Source of the DNA: Octopus sinensis
Lineage: Eukaryota
Direction of reading: 5' to 3'
DNA: 64,000 nt
Assembly: GCF_006345805.1 (NCBI RefSeq)
Contig: NC_043004.1
Coordinates: 9,982,001-10,046,000, forward strand
In this document: positions 51,965-64,000 of the stretch, piece by piece
Numbering within the stretch: the first letter of the stretch is position 1
Layout: the number at the start of each line of letters is the position of its first letter
Made by a program: the position numbers and the translations under genes
The notes under the pieces: generated by a model
Told to the model about the DNA's origin: nothing
What the model saw: only the letters and a program-made list of their open reading frames with translations
Database searches by the model: none

Positions 51965-52357
51965 CTCTACAATTATAAATAATTGCGTCTCAATTATTAA
52001 TAATTGTGTATTAAATTTGAAGGCACTAGAAGACATCACCTCAACTCATGGTATCAGAGCGAGCGTAAGCCATTACCAGTACCACCAAATTCAAAGGGTG
52101 AATGAAAGTATGTCACCATCCCCCCCCCCCCCGTCAGCGTGCTGCCAAAATAAGATGCTACAGGTTTTTTACTGGGATGAAATATAATTATCAATAATAA
52201 TATAGGGTGAAATTAATTAATTTGGAATAATCCTCAATTTCACCAAGTAGATTTCGGCATGCTCTGATACCATGAGTTGAGGTGATGTCTTCTAGTGCCT
52301 TCAAATTTAATACACAATTATTAATAATTGAGACGCAATTATTTATAATTGTAGAAT

Positions 52358-52448
52358 CCTACGCTGAGGAGGAAAATAGTTGGGTAAGACATAATTATTT
52401 AATTTTTATGCTTTCCTATGGCTTAATTCCGAAACGTACGTCCGTAGG
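52358..52448 (+). ncRNA. Type I hammerhead candidate with canonical core and a 52-nt helix II insert
   Basis: cctACG CTGAGGA (52364-70) GGAA [52 nt] TTCC GAAA CG T A (52438) CGTccgtagg. Confidence 0.6.
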
Positions 52449-52733
52449 TGACTTAATGTAGAATGATTATCGTCATTTCTTTCTCTTTTGCCTGCGTTGT
52501 TTGCCTTTTAAGTGCTATGGTTTTACTGGGATCTCCCTTTTAAGTAGAAAGAATAGCCAAAAACCTCTTTTGACTGCTATTTCTAAATTCGGTGTTGGTG
52601 AGGCAAATCGTTGCTAAACCCTTAATTACTTAGTATTACTTAAACCTTCCTTGAATGGGGCTTTTACATGCCGAATCTACTTGGTGAAATTGAGGATTAT
52701 TCCAAATTAATTTCACCCTATATTATTATTGAT

Positions 52734-53058
<325 letters not shown>

Positions 53059-53073
53059 TATATATATATATAT

Positions 53074-53120
<47 letters not shown>

Positions 53121-53199
53121 TGTGTGTGTGTGTATACATGCATATATATGTATATTTGTACTCCAGTGTCAGTTGGATGGCGTGTGCTGCTCCCTCATT

Positions 53200-56100
53200 C
53201 AATGATGGTGATGATGATGATAATAACAGTGATAGCTTGCTCGATGAGAGACATATAGATGGCTTGGAAGAGGACAATTAAACTAATGGTGGCATGACAG
53301 AAGGGCAAAAGGCAATCTACAACAGAATAAAGGCACGGCTACACGAGAATGATAGTGATATTATATTTGCAACCTTAAAACGTTTGAAATTGAATCAAGA
53401 ACGAAAAATGAATCAAGAAACGAAAAATGTGAATGAAATTCTGAAGTACATCAGAATAAAAAACATCACAGAAACAAATAATTTGATCAAGGCAGCAAGT
53501 ATTGTTGTAGCAGAAAATGTGGGTGTTGATATCAGGAAAAAGAAATATATAGAGAGTGAAAAAAGAGAAGAATACAGGCGGGGTTAGATATGCTCTCGAA
53601 AGACATTTCTGTGTTAGGCCGAGAAGAGGAGGAACTTAAAAGCGAACAAAAATACAGGGCACTGAACAGGAAGTATGATATTGAATAAAAAGGCCTGAAA
53701 GTGGTAATGGAGGAGCTGAAACAGCGCCTTGTTATAAAGAAGGCGAAGATGGTAAGATACGACCAAAGAATGAAGGGATACTAGCAGAATTGGCTATTCA
53801 GAGTAGATCAGAAGAGACTCTACAAAGAAATAAATAGTGTACAGATGAAAAGTTGATACTAGATAACATTGAAAGTCAAAGGCTTTCGTGTGACATCTAG
53901 AGCAAAGACAAGGAGTACAAGAAGGATGCTGAATGGTTGCAAGAACTGAAACAAATACCAGTCTTCCACAACAGGCAGAACTAGTTATTTCAATTAGGGA
54001 AGTGAAGGAAATCAACAAAAAATGAGCAAATGGATTACCCCGGGACCAGATGGAGTTCAAGGCTACTGGATCAAAAAAATGGTAAATGTCATGCACGAAT
54101 AGCTGCACAACTCAACACCTTGTTAAATGCTGACCAAGTAACACCAGAGTGTTTGACAATGGGTAGGACAGTGCTGTGCTTGAAAAACATAAAAAAAGCC
54201 AAATATCCTGCTGGCAATTTATGTGGAAATTATTGACTGGAATAGTTGCAGAGTCGATATACAGACATCTGGAAAAAATGGAGTTCTTCCACATGAGCAG
54301 AAAGGGTGCAAGCGTAAGTGTAGAGGTACCAAGATCAACTCCTGGTAGACAAAACTGTACTTGGAGACTGCAAGAAGAGGAAAACTAACTTAACCATGTC
54401 ATGGATCGATTATCGTATACGATATGATCCCACATTCTTGGATTATGGAATGTGTGAACTTATTTGGTTTTACCTCGAATGTTGAGCGATTACTTGGAAA
54501 AAGTATGGCGAAGTGGAGGACGGAACTGATAGCGTATGGAAGAATCTTAGGGACAATAGAAATCTGGAGAGGCATCTTCCAAGGGGACTGCCTGTCTCAA
54601 CTGATCTTTGTACTGTGCATGATACCACTAACACTGATTCTGAGGAAAGCAAACGTTGGGTATGTATTCAAGAGCGGCCAAATAAAAGTTAACCACTTGT
54701 TATTCATGGATGACCCCAAACTTCATGGTAAAGATGAATCCCAAGCCAGTTCCCTCGTTGATACGGTGTATACATTCAGTGCTGATATCAATGAAGTTCG
54801 GACTGTAAAAGTGTGGTGTGTTAGTCTTGAAGAGAGGCAAAATCAAATGTATTGATGGGCTAGTGATACCGTTCGGGGAGGTTACGAAGCAAATAGAAGG
54901 AAATGGATAAATTGATGGAGAAAGAAATGGCATAAAAATTTAAGGTGGAGTACTTGCACAAACTGAAACTGATCCTTAAGTCGAAATTAAACTGACGGAA
55001 TAAGACTGAAGCTATCAATACCTGGGCGGTTTCACTCCTTAGATATGAGAGCACGGGTAATTGTATGGACAGCAGAAGAATTAAACAGCTTAGACAGAAA
55101 GACAAGGAAGTTGCTGACTAGATATGGGATACTCCAGCCAAAAAGTGACACAGACAGACTGTACGTACCAAGAAAAAGAGGTGGAAGAGGACTGATTGGA
55201 TGCAAACACAACATTAGAGCAGAAGAAAACAACATAGCATGGTATGTAAAAAATGCCACAGAACCACTCTTATTGGAAGTAAGAAGGTCAGACATGTGTA
55301 GGATGGAAGATTGCAAAGATAAAGCTCTGTACAAGCACTTGAGAATGAATGAAACTGAAAATAGGTGGATAAAGAAAAGAATGTATGAACAATTTCATAG
55401 GGATGTTAAAGATAAGATAGACAGAGAAAAAAGATGGCTATGGATGACTAAAAGTGATTTAAAACAGGAAACAGGTTCTAATCTGTGCTGTCCAAGACTA
55501 AGCATTAAGAACGGATTACATCAAATACAGAATAGACAACACATCAGAGAATGATAAGTGCAGAATCCGTGGACAATATGGTGAAACCGTATGGCTTATT
55601 ACCAGTAAATGTACGCTACTAGTCCACAAAGAATATAAAGAGACGTCATGACAACATAGCAAGGATTGTCCATTGGACACTTTGCAACAAGTATGGAATT
55701 GACAGAGCCAAAAATGGTACGAACATAAACCCGAAGGCATCATCGAAAATGATAATGCAATGACACTATGGGATTTTATGATCCAGTGTGACCATGAGAT
55801 AGAGAATAGGAAACTAAATATAGTGTTAATTGAGAAAGAAAGCAAGCGATGCTGGATCATAGATATAGCATGCCCAGTTGACAACAAGGTATGCGATAAG
55901 GAAAAAAGAAAAATCGATAGGTATGACAGATTAGCTTGGGAGGTTGAGCAGCTGTGGTTGCTGAAAAAAATGGTAGTAGTACCAATAATTGTCGGAGCCC
56001 TGAGAACAGTGAGTAAAATTCTTGAGAAGTACATGGAACAAATAGGAGCTGCAATATAGGTGGAGCACTTGCAGAAAACACCACTGCTGGGGAACCGCTC

Positions 56101-56206
56101 GAATACTCCGGATGGTGCTCGATAAATAGGGGGTGTTACCTTAATTCACTGGTAGTGAACAGCTGACACCGTAGTACATCTCCAGCGCTAGAAGCAGCGC
56201 ACAGAC
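53200..56206 (+). mobile_element. Dong/R4-like non-LTR retrotransposon (RT + CCHC + restriction-like endonuclease), decayed, 3' end at (AAT)n
   Basis: PGPDGVQGYWIKK, MIPHSWI, GIFQGDCLS, NHLLFMDD, RRHDNIA, LWDFMIQCDHEI, IIDIACPVD, VVPIIVGAL. Confidence 0.9.
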
Positions 56207-56212
56207 AATAAC

Positions 56213-56261
<49 letters not shown>

Positions 56262-56311
56262 TAATAATAATAATGATAATAATAATAATAATGATAATAA
56301 TAATAATAATG

Positions 56312-56350
<39 letters not shown>

Positions 56351-56420
56351 TAATAATAATAATAATAATCATAATAATAATAATAACAACAACAAGAATA
56401 ATAATAACAATAATAATAAT
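56207..56420. repeat. (AAT)n microsatellite abutting the Dong/R4-like 3' end
   Basis: Read directly from the sequence. Confidence 0.95.
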
Positions 56421-57146
56421 TTCTGTATATGTACATATATATATTTATTTATATATACATATATATATATACTTTGATACTGTATTGAGTACTCTTCTCT
56501 CCTTTATCCCTTCATGACTATAGTGAAAATTTTGCATTCAAGTGTTTCTGTATATATTCGGGATTGTCAGTTAATTAGTTAGGGCTGCATAGACGCGCAC
56601 AGTCTTTCGGATGCCTCCGATGAAGGTATCTGCTAGATGAGAAATATGGCTGCGCGTCAATGTAAGCTTCAGGAAATAGCCATGAGAGTCATTAACTGTA
56701 AGCTTACAAATGTTTTTCTACCACCACTTTGAGTAGACTTTTTCTTTGTTTCTACATCTATGTACACTTGTGTTTGTGTGTGTATGTGTGTGTGTGTGTC
56801 TGTGCGCGCGCCTGTTCTGTGTGTGCGTGCTCGCACGCGAGTGTGCGTATATGTGTGCGTGAAATTGCCTTATAGATACACACACACACACACACATATA
56901 TGTATGTATGTGTGTATGTATGTGTGTATGTATGTATGTATGTATGTATGTATGTATGTATGTAGGTATATATATATATGTATATATGTATACATGTATA
57001 CATGTATATGTATATATATATATGTGTGTATAAATATGTATCACTGTATATTCCATATATGTATATAATACGCGCGCGCAGGCGCTCACACACACACATA
57101 CACACAGATATGTAAATATACTTATATATATATATTATATATATAT

Positions 57147-57178
<32 letters not shown>

Positions 57179-57273
57179 TATATATATGCATATATACATA
57201 AACGTATATATACATATGTATATATGCGTATATATACATATATATATATAACATATGTATACATGTATATGTA

Positions 57274-57318
<45 letters not shown>

Positions 57319-57332
57319 ATATATATATTATA

Positions 57333-57415
<83 letters not shown>

Positions 57416-57906
57416 ATATATATACATGAATAATACATGAATAAATAAACACCTAGTTAATTGAATGAAATAATAGCTAATTAGATAAGGATTATAATTT
57501 GATAGACACAGAGATAAACTGATAAGTTGATAAATGGCTGGAGAAAAAATACATTAATTGATAGAGGAATGGATATTGTGAGAGACAGATAGATAGATCT
57601 GTAGGTAGGTAGATAAATAGCTAGGTAGATAGATAGGTGGATAGATAAGTAGATAGATTGTTACATTGATAGGTAGATAGATATTTAGATAGAGAGGTAG
57701 ACAGATAGATAGATAGACAGATAGATAGGTAGATAGAGAGATAGATAGTAGTTAGATAGATAGGTAGATAGGTCGGTAGTTAGGTAGATAAATAGATAGA
57801 TAAATAAACAGATTGATTGATATTTCTTTATAAAGCAATAGATTCAGTCACAAACGTAAACGTTTTCAGAAAGCTGTGTAGCGATCTCGAAAAGAAAATG
57901 ACGTGA

Positions 57907-58298
57907 CATTCCGTCGGTTACGACGACGAAGGTCCCACTTGATCCGATCAACAGAACAGCCTGCTCGTGAAATTAACGTGCAAGTGGCTGAGCACTCCAC
58001 AGATACGTGTACCCTTAATGTAATTCTCAGGGTGATTCAGCGTGACACAGAGTGTGACAAGGCTGGCTCTTTGAAATACATGTACAGGAGAAGCAGGAAG
58101 AAAGAGAGAAAGTTGTGGTGAAAGAGTATAGCAGGGTTCGCCACTCCCGCTGCTGGAGCCTCGTGGAGCCTCGTGGAAACTCGTGGAGCTTTACGTGTTT
58201 TCACTCAATAAACACTCACAACGCTTGTCTGGGAATCGAAACCGCAATCCTACGACCGCGAGTCCGCTGCCCTAACCACTAGGATATTACGCCTCCAC
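57907..58298 (-). mobile_element. SINE sharing the family C 3' body but with a different tRNA head and middle
   Basis: Same ccgtcggttacgacgacg...tttgaaatac body. The rc head is ggaggcgtaatatcctagtggttagggcagcggactcgcgg..ttcgattccc. Confidence 0.8.
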
Positions 58299-58773
58299 AG
58301 AAAAGAAAATAGATAGTTAGTGTACAGAAAAATACATACCAAATCAAGACAGTCACTTAGAAACATATATATAGATAGAAAGTGTGGCAGATAGATAGTT
58401 AAGTTATTATTTTGAGAGATAAACCGATTGATAGATAGTTATATTAATTGTTGTAATTCAAACGGCTTACAACCGAATGCTCAGAAATGCAGCAGAGAAT
58501 TAAAGATGGTGGCTTAGATTGATGCAATGCAGCAGCTTCCGGTGAAACTAAAACTCTAAAAATGATAAGTATCGGTAACGTGCAAGGGCAGAATATCTGC
58601 ACGTCTGATATACATAGTATGCACGAGTATGTGCATATGTAGTTGCATATATATATATCTATGCTTGCATGCATTTGTTATATATATACGTGTTTAATGG
58701 TATATATTTATGCGTCAGTTTATTGTATTTGTGAATGTGTAAGAATATATATATATATATTATTATATATTAT

Positions 58774-58818
<45 letters not shown>

Positions 58819-58859
58819 TTTATATATATATATTATTATATATATATGCATATATTATT

Positions 58860-58893
<34 letters not shown>

Positions 58894-59583
58894 TATATTA
58901 TATTATATATAATATATATATATATATATAGTATATATATATATATAATATATATTATAATAGGTATGTATGTGTGTGTATGCGGAAGTTTGTAAGTGTA
59001 TGTATCATTTGTGTACATGTCTGTGTCATGCTCTGTGTGTGTGTGTGTGTGTATGTGCGTGCGTGTGTGTGCGTGTGAGAGAGAGACCTTATGTGTGGGG
59101 AGGTGTATTGATGGCGATTTATTAAGTGTCAAATTTCGGCAGTAATTGACATAATTCAATTGCTGAGCTATGCCACAACACCATGTTGATACATTATTAT
59201 ATATGATAGCTGAGTATTTATGCCACCCATCCATCCATCCATCCATCCATCCATCCATCCATCCATCCAGCCAGCCAGCCAGCCAGCCATTCATCCATCC
59301 AACACATATATCACCAGCGTCCCTTCCATATTTCCCACCACTGCTCCTTCTCGTTGCCAGTATTTGCTAATATTTCATACAACTCTATTCCACACCCTGC
59401 TGTCCCCACCACAACTACGGATCCATCCATCCATCCATCCATCCATCCATCTATTCAGCCAACCAACCGACCGACCAACCAGCCAGCCAACCAGCCAACT
59501 GACTCTCGTTACTTACTGGCACAGAGAAGAATGGAAGGAAGCGATTTAAATCCAGGAGGAAACAATCACTAATAGAGCTACAC

Positions 59584-59617
<34 letters not shown>

Positions 59618-60095
59618 CACACATTTCTCTCTCTCTCTCTCTCACTCACTCGCTCGCTCCACCTCACTGCAAATTACACTTGATATTATTGCTGTGATTA
59701 TTACTGGCGTTGTTAGTACACTTATTATTGCGAAAATTAAGATGAGGACTGACAGAGATGTGCTGCCTCACCAATCAGTAAATTCGTTGAAAGGTAGGTG
59801 AATGTGACGAGGATGGTTCGACTGAGTCGATAACTCTAAGTGGCGCCTGTAGGCTGAGAAGTACGGAGGTAACGGCAGCATTTGCCATGGTACATATCGT
59901 CAGCCACTAAGGGACATGCTTAACTGGTTAAGGTCAAACAACTGACAAGCAAATCTGTAGTATTGAGCAGAATATTTGTTGTAGCCCATGTTTTATACCA
60001 AGACAAAACAATGTACATTATAACACTTTCAATCTGTTAAGATCAGAAGCCACGAGATCCACTACCTGGCACTGCATCAGGGTAAATTATTATTA

Positions 60096-60142
<47 letters not shown>

Positions 60143-60175
60143 TATTATTATTATTTTATTATTATTATTATTTAT

Positions 60176-62448
60176 GGGTTTTTCTTCTTCTTTCAAATTT
60201 GCTTCTATTTCTTGCCGAGTGTCTTCCCGACTCCTAGGGCAAAGAAACTCATTGTATACATTGGTAGGCCATTAAACTAAACTCACTAGTTCGTTCATTT
60301 TTTTTTTGATAAGAATAAAGTTAAATTAAAATACATGGGTAGTAATAGTTCTCACATCGACAATGCTCTTCTCAATACGTATGATGTACCAGTTAAGACA
60401 GTATTTTGCACTTCTTGCTGAGATGGTAAGCCAGGGATCATTCTCATATAATTTTCGGTTCTCTTCTTGATCATTCCTAGTGCTCCTACGATCACTGGTA
60501 TTGTAACCACCTTGAGATGCCACATTTTCTCAATTTCAATGAGCAAGTCTTTATATTTTCTGAGCTTGTCAACTTCTTTCGCCGATATATTATGATCACA
60601 GGGGATGCTCATGTCGATCAATAAGCAAACTTTATTGTTTTGGTCTTTCACAACAATATCCGGTTTATTGGCTTTGATAGTTCGGTCTGTATGTACTGGA
60701 GAGTCCCACAGAATCGTTACATTTTCTCCTTCAGTTACAGCTTCAGGGTGGTGATTATACCACTTGTCGGCAGTTTTGATATTGTAATGCCGACTTATTA
60801 GCCAGTGTATATATTAGCCAACTCTGTCACGTCTTAATTTATACTCCACTGGGGCCAAAACTTTACATCCAGAGATTAGGTGGTCCACTGTTTCAATCAT
60901 GTCGTTGCAGAATCGGCATTTTGGGTCTGCTCCATTTTTCATCACATTGGCCTGGTAGTTCCGGGTTAATAGGCTTTGATCTTGAGCAGCCAGGATGAAA
61001 CCTTCGCTCTCTGCTTTTAGCCCTGAGCTCCGTAGCCACTGATGGGTTTGCTTCTGGTCAACATCAGCTTGTTTGCTACGGGCCACATATTTGCCGTGCA
61101 GAGGTTTCTCCTCCCACCTATCAGCCAATTGCTCGTGCGCTTTTTTCGTTGCCATTATTTTCACCTTCTTTGCAACAATAGTTGCCGTACTTCTCTCGGG
61201 TTGTTCAGTTTGGGTATCCTGCACGAGATCAATAGCAAATTTTTTGCTTTCCTTTATGATAGAATGAAGCTTCTTTCGTCTCTTGTGATTTTCCATGAGC
61301 CTTAGCATCCAGTCATTCGTTATTTCAAGATATTTGGCCAGTCCAATTGTGGTTGTTTTGTAAGCTAGTTCAAATTGGATCAGGCCTCGACCTTCTTGGG
61401 CTCTGGGGAGGTAAAGGCGATCTACGTCTGCCTTTGGGTGGTGCATCCTATTACAACTCAGCAGCTTGCGTATTTTCCTATCTATTTTCTTTACTTCACT
61501 CATATTCCAGTTCAACACATTGTAGCTATAAGTAATAACTGGAACTGCTAAGGAATTTATAGCTAACACCTTGTTACGTGCATTTAGTTCAGATTTCAGG
61601 ACTGCTCGAACTCTCCTATAACATTCCTTCCTGATCTTCTCTTTCATGCTTGCATGCTGAATACCAGAGCCTTCATTTATCCCTAAATATTTGTCGGTTT
61701 GTTCTTGCTCAAGCTCTCTTATGACTGTCAAGATCTAACACGACTGAATTTGTGGTCTTCACTTTCCCTTTCTGGAAAGTGGCCTTGGCACACTTCTCAA
61801 GTCCAAACTCCATCCCGATGTCATCACTGAATGCTTTCACAGTGCACAATAGGCCTTCAAGTTCATTATCGTCTTTACCATAGAGTTTTAAGTCATCCAT
61901 ATAAAATAGATGGCTTATTTTTTTATTGACAATTTTATACCCATACCCTGTTCTGTTTAATTCACTTGTAAGGGGTATTGGGGTTATGCAGAATATTAGC
62001 GGTGAAAGTGAGTCACATTGAAAAATTCCACAGTTGATGTTTATATTCTCTGAGGCAAGTACTCCATTAGAGTGGTATAATTGGAGATTCGTATTCCACA
62101 ACGACATATTATGCTTCAGGAAGCTTGAAATCACAGGGGAAATTTTGAAGATGTCCAGCGATTTCAAGATCCATGAATGCGGTATAATGTCGAAGGCCTT
62201 TTTATAGTCAATCCATGCGGAGCTGAGATTTCTGCGCTTGTTGTGACAGTTCTCAAGGATCATACGATTAATTAGCATCCGTATGAGCCTCGGCGGCATC
62301 CTTTTTGTTCAGTGGGGAAAATATCGTTCTTCTCCATGAATGCATATGTTTTCTCCGCCAGGATAGATGTTAGGATTTTATACGTGGCCGATAGTTTTTT
62401 GGAAGTTTGGCTTCGTTATTCTTTGGAAGTAGGTAAGTAATACCACTT
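60176..62448 (-). mobile_element. Dong/R4-like non-LTR retrotransposon, 5'-truncated, embedded between TAA/TGA tracts
   Basis: WIDYKKAFDIIPHSWI, GIFQCDSLSPL, HLFYMDDLKLY, CRFCNDMIETVDHLISGC, ANKPDIV, LIDMSIPCD, IPVIVGALG. (ATT)n at 60086-60175. Confidence 0.92.
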
Positions 62449-62457
62449 ATCATCATC

Positions 62458-62524
<67 letters not shown>

Positions 62525-62585
62525 CATCATCATCATATTTATTATTATCATCATTATCATCATTATAATTATCATTATTATTGTT

Positions 62586-62620
<35 letters not shown>

Positions 62621-62666
62621 TATTATTATCATTATTATTGTTATCATCATCATCATCATCATCATC

Positions 62667-62698
<32 letters not shown>

Positions 62699-62745
62699 TA
62701 TCATTAATTAATATTATTATTATTATTATTATTATTATTCTCCTT

Positions 62746-62776
<31 letters not shown>

Positions 62777-62872
62777 TTATTATTATTATTATTATTGTTA
62801 TTATTATTGTTATTATTATTGTTATTGTTATTGTTGTTGTTGTTGTTGTTATTATTATTATTATTATTATTA

Positions 62873-62920
<48 letters not shown>

Positions 62921-62962
62921 CATTATTATTATTATTATAATATTATTATTATTATTATTATT
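62449..62962. repeat. Compound (ATC)n/(ATT)n/(CTT)n/(GTT)n microsatellite between two Dong/R4-like copies
   Basis: Read directly from the sequence. Confidence 0.95.
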
Positions 62963-64000
62963 CTATGTTTGACTTTTGCTTTATATTTGTACAAGTTGGC
63001 TCCAAGTCTCACCCAGAGACCTCAAGAGACAACAGGTTGGAAGTTCATGTTGTTGTTATGCCTAGTGTGCCATATATTTGGGGGGTGGGATGTTGTACTA
63101 ATGAATGTCTAAAAAAAAAAGTTTTTTTTTTTTTTTTTTTTTTTTAAACCGAAATTATGGTTGTTTTAAACCTTGAGGTTACTAAGAGAGTATTTTGCGT
63201 AGGATATGAGCAGTTCCCATTAGCACTATCTTTTGAACTTCTGCCATTTTTGGGTTCCTGGTATCTGAGTTAGGGTAGCTATCAGCCCCTTTTGCTATCA
63301 TTCCCAGGGCACCTATGACAACAGGTATTGTTTTAGTCTTCAGCTTCCACATTTTGCTGATTTCTATTTCAAGATCTTTATATTTGCTCAGTTTTTGGTA
63401 GGTCCTGACAGATACGTTTTATCGATTGGGACAGTCATGTCAATGAGGAGGCATGTTCTTTGTTTGAAGTCTTTCAATATGATGTCTGGCCTATTTGCAT
63501 CTATCTTCCTGTCAGTTTGAATGGTGAAGTTCCAGAGGAGTGAGATGTGGTCATTTTCAAGCACTGGGGTGGTTTGTGTTCCCACCAGTTTTTTCATGGG
63601 GCAAATCCAGGTTTTTACAGATTACCCAGTGAATATATTGTGCAGCTCTATCGTGCCTGTTGAGATACTCTGTAGGCGCTAGAAGACTGCACTTGGAGAC
63701 CACATTGTCAATGGTTTCATTTTGTTGCTTGCATACACGACACGTTGGACTGCTTCTGATCTTTAATATGTTGGCCTGGTAGTTTCTTGTTGGTAGGCAT
63801 TGATCTTGAGCTGCTATGATAAACCCCTCTGTTTCAGATTTTAAGCCAGAGGCCATTAGCCATTGATGGGTCAGGGCTTTGTCGATATCTGCATTATTCG
63901 CTCTCTTTGGGTATTTGCCATAGAGAGGTTCTTCTTGCCATTTATTATTCAGAATATCTAAGGCCGCAGTTTTGGCACGGGTTTTCATGCGCCTAGCTTT
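62963..64000 (-). mobile_element. Dong/R4-like retrotransposon 3' part (CCHC + RLE + 3' UTR), running off the window
   Basis: LKSETEGFIIAAQDQ, CRVCKQQNETIDNVVSKC, RHDRAA, ANRPDII, LIDMTVP. Stop near 63182, and the 3' end abuts (AAT)n. Confidence 0.9.

Noticed and set aside
59900-60085. HDV-like ribozyme at the repeat starting next to the (ATT)n tract
   Set aside because: The P3/L3/P1.1 pattern could not be assembled, and L3 is too short.

Overview
AT-rich animal non-coding DNA, dense in microsatellites. The repeat families (tRNA-derived SINEs, Dong/R4-like, CR1-like and RTE LINEs, Tc1/mariner, Penelope remnants) point by inference to an Octopus-like cephalopod. No intact host gene is recognisable, and most supplied ORFs are translations of (TA)n, (CA)n or (ATAC)n tracts. 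A few minus-strand segments have good splice signals and may be exons of one large gene (13064-13204, and a triplicated 162-nt segment at 2-3.6 kb). Recognisable coding content is decayed transposon: three to four Dong/R4-like LINEs, three of them ending at (TAA)n tracts; a CR1-like LINE whose 3' tail is shared with a SINE family; RTE, HERO-like and Tc1/mariner fragments; a Penelope GIY-YIG 3' end; and a gag/ORF1-only element. The main unexplained signal is about eleven small type I hammerhead-ribozyme-like motifs in (TA)n-embedded Penelope-type remnants. They include families with recurrent non-canonical cores (CUGU-N-GA and CCGA-Y-GA), one with a 52-nt helix II insert, and several paired with their own antisense copy in fold-back repeats. 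All coordinates and pairings were read by eye. Activity, expression and novelty are untested.
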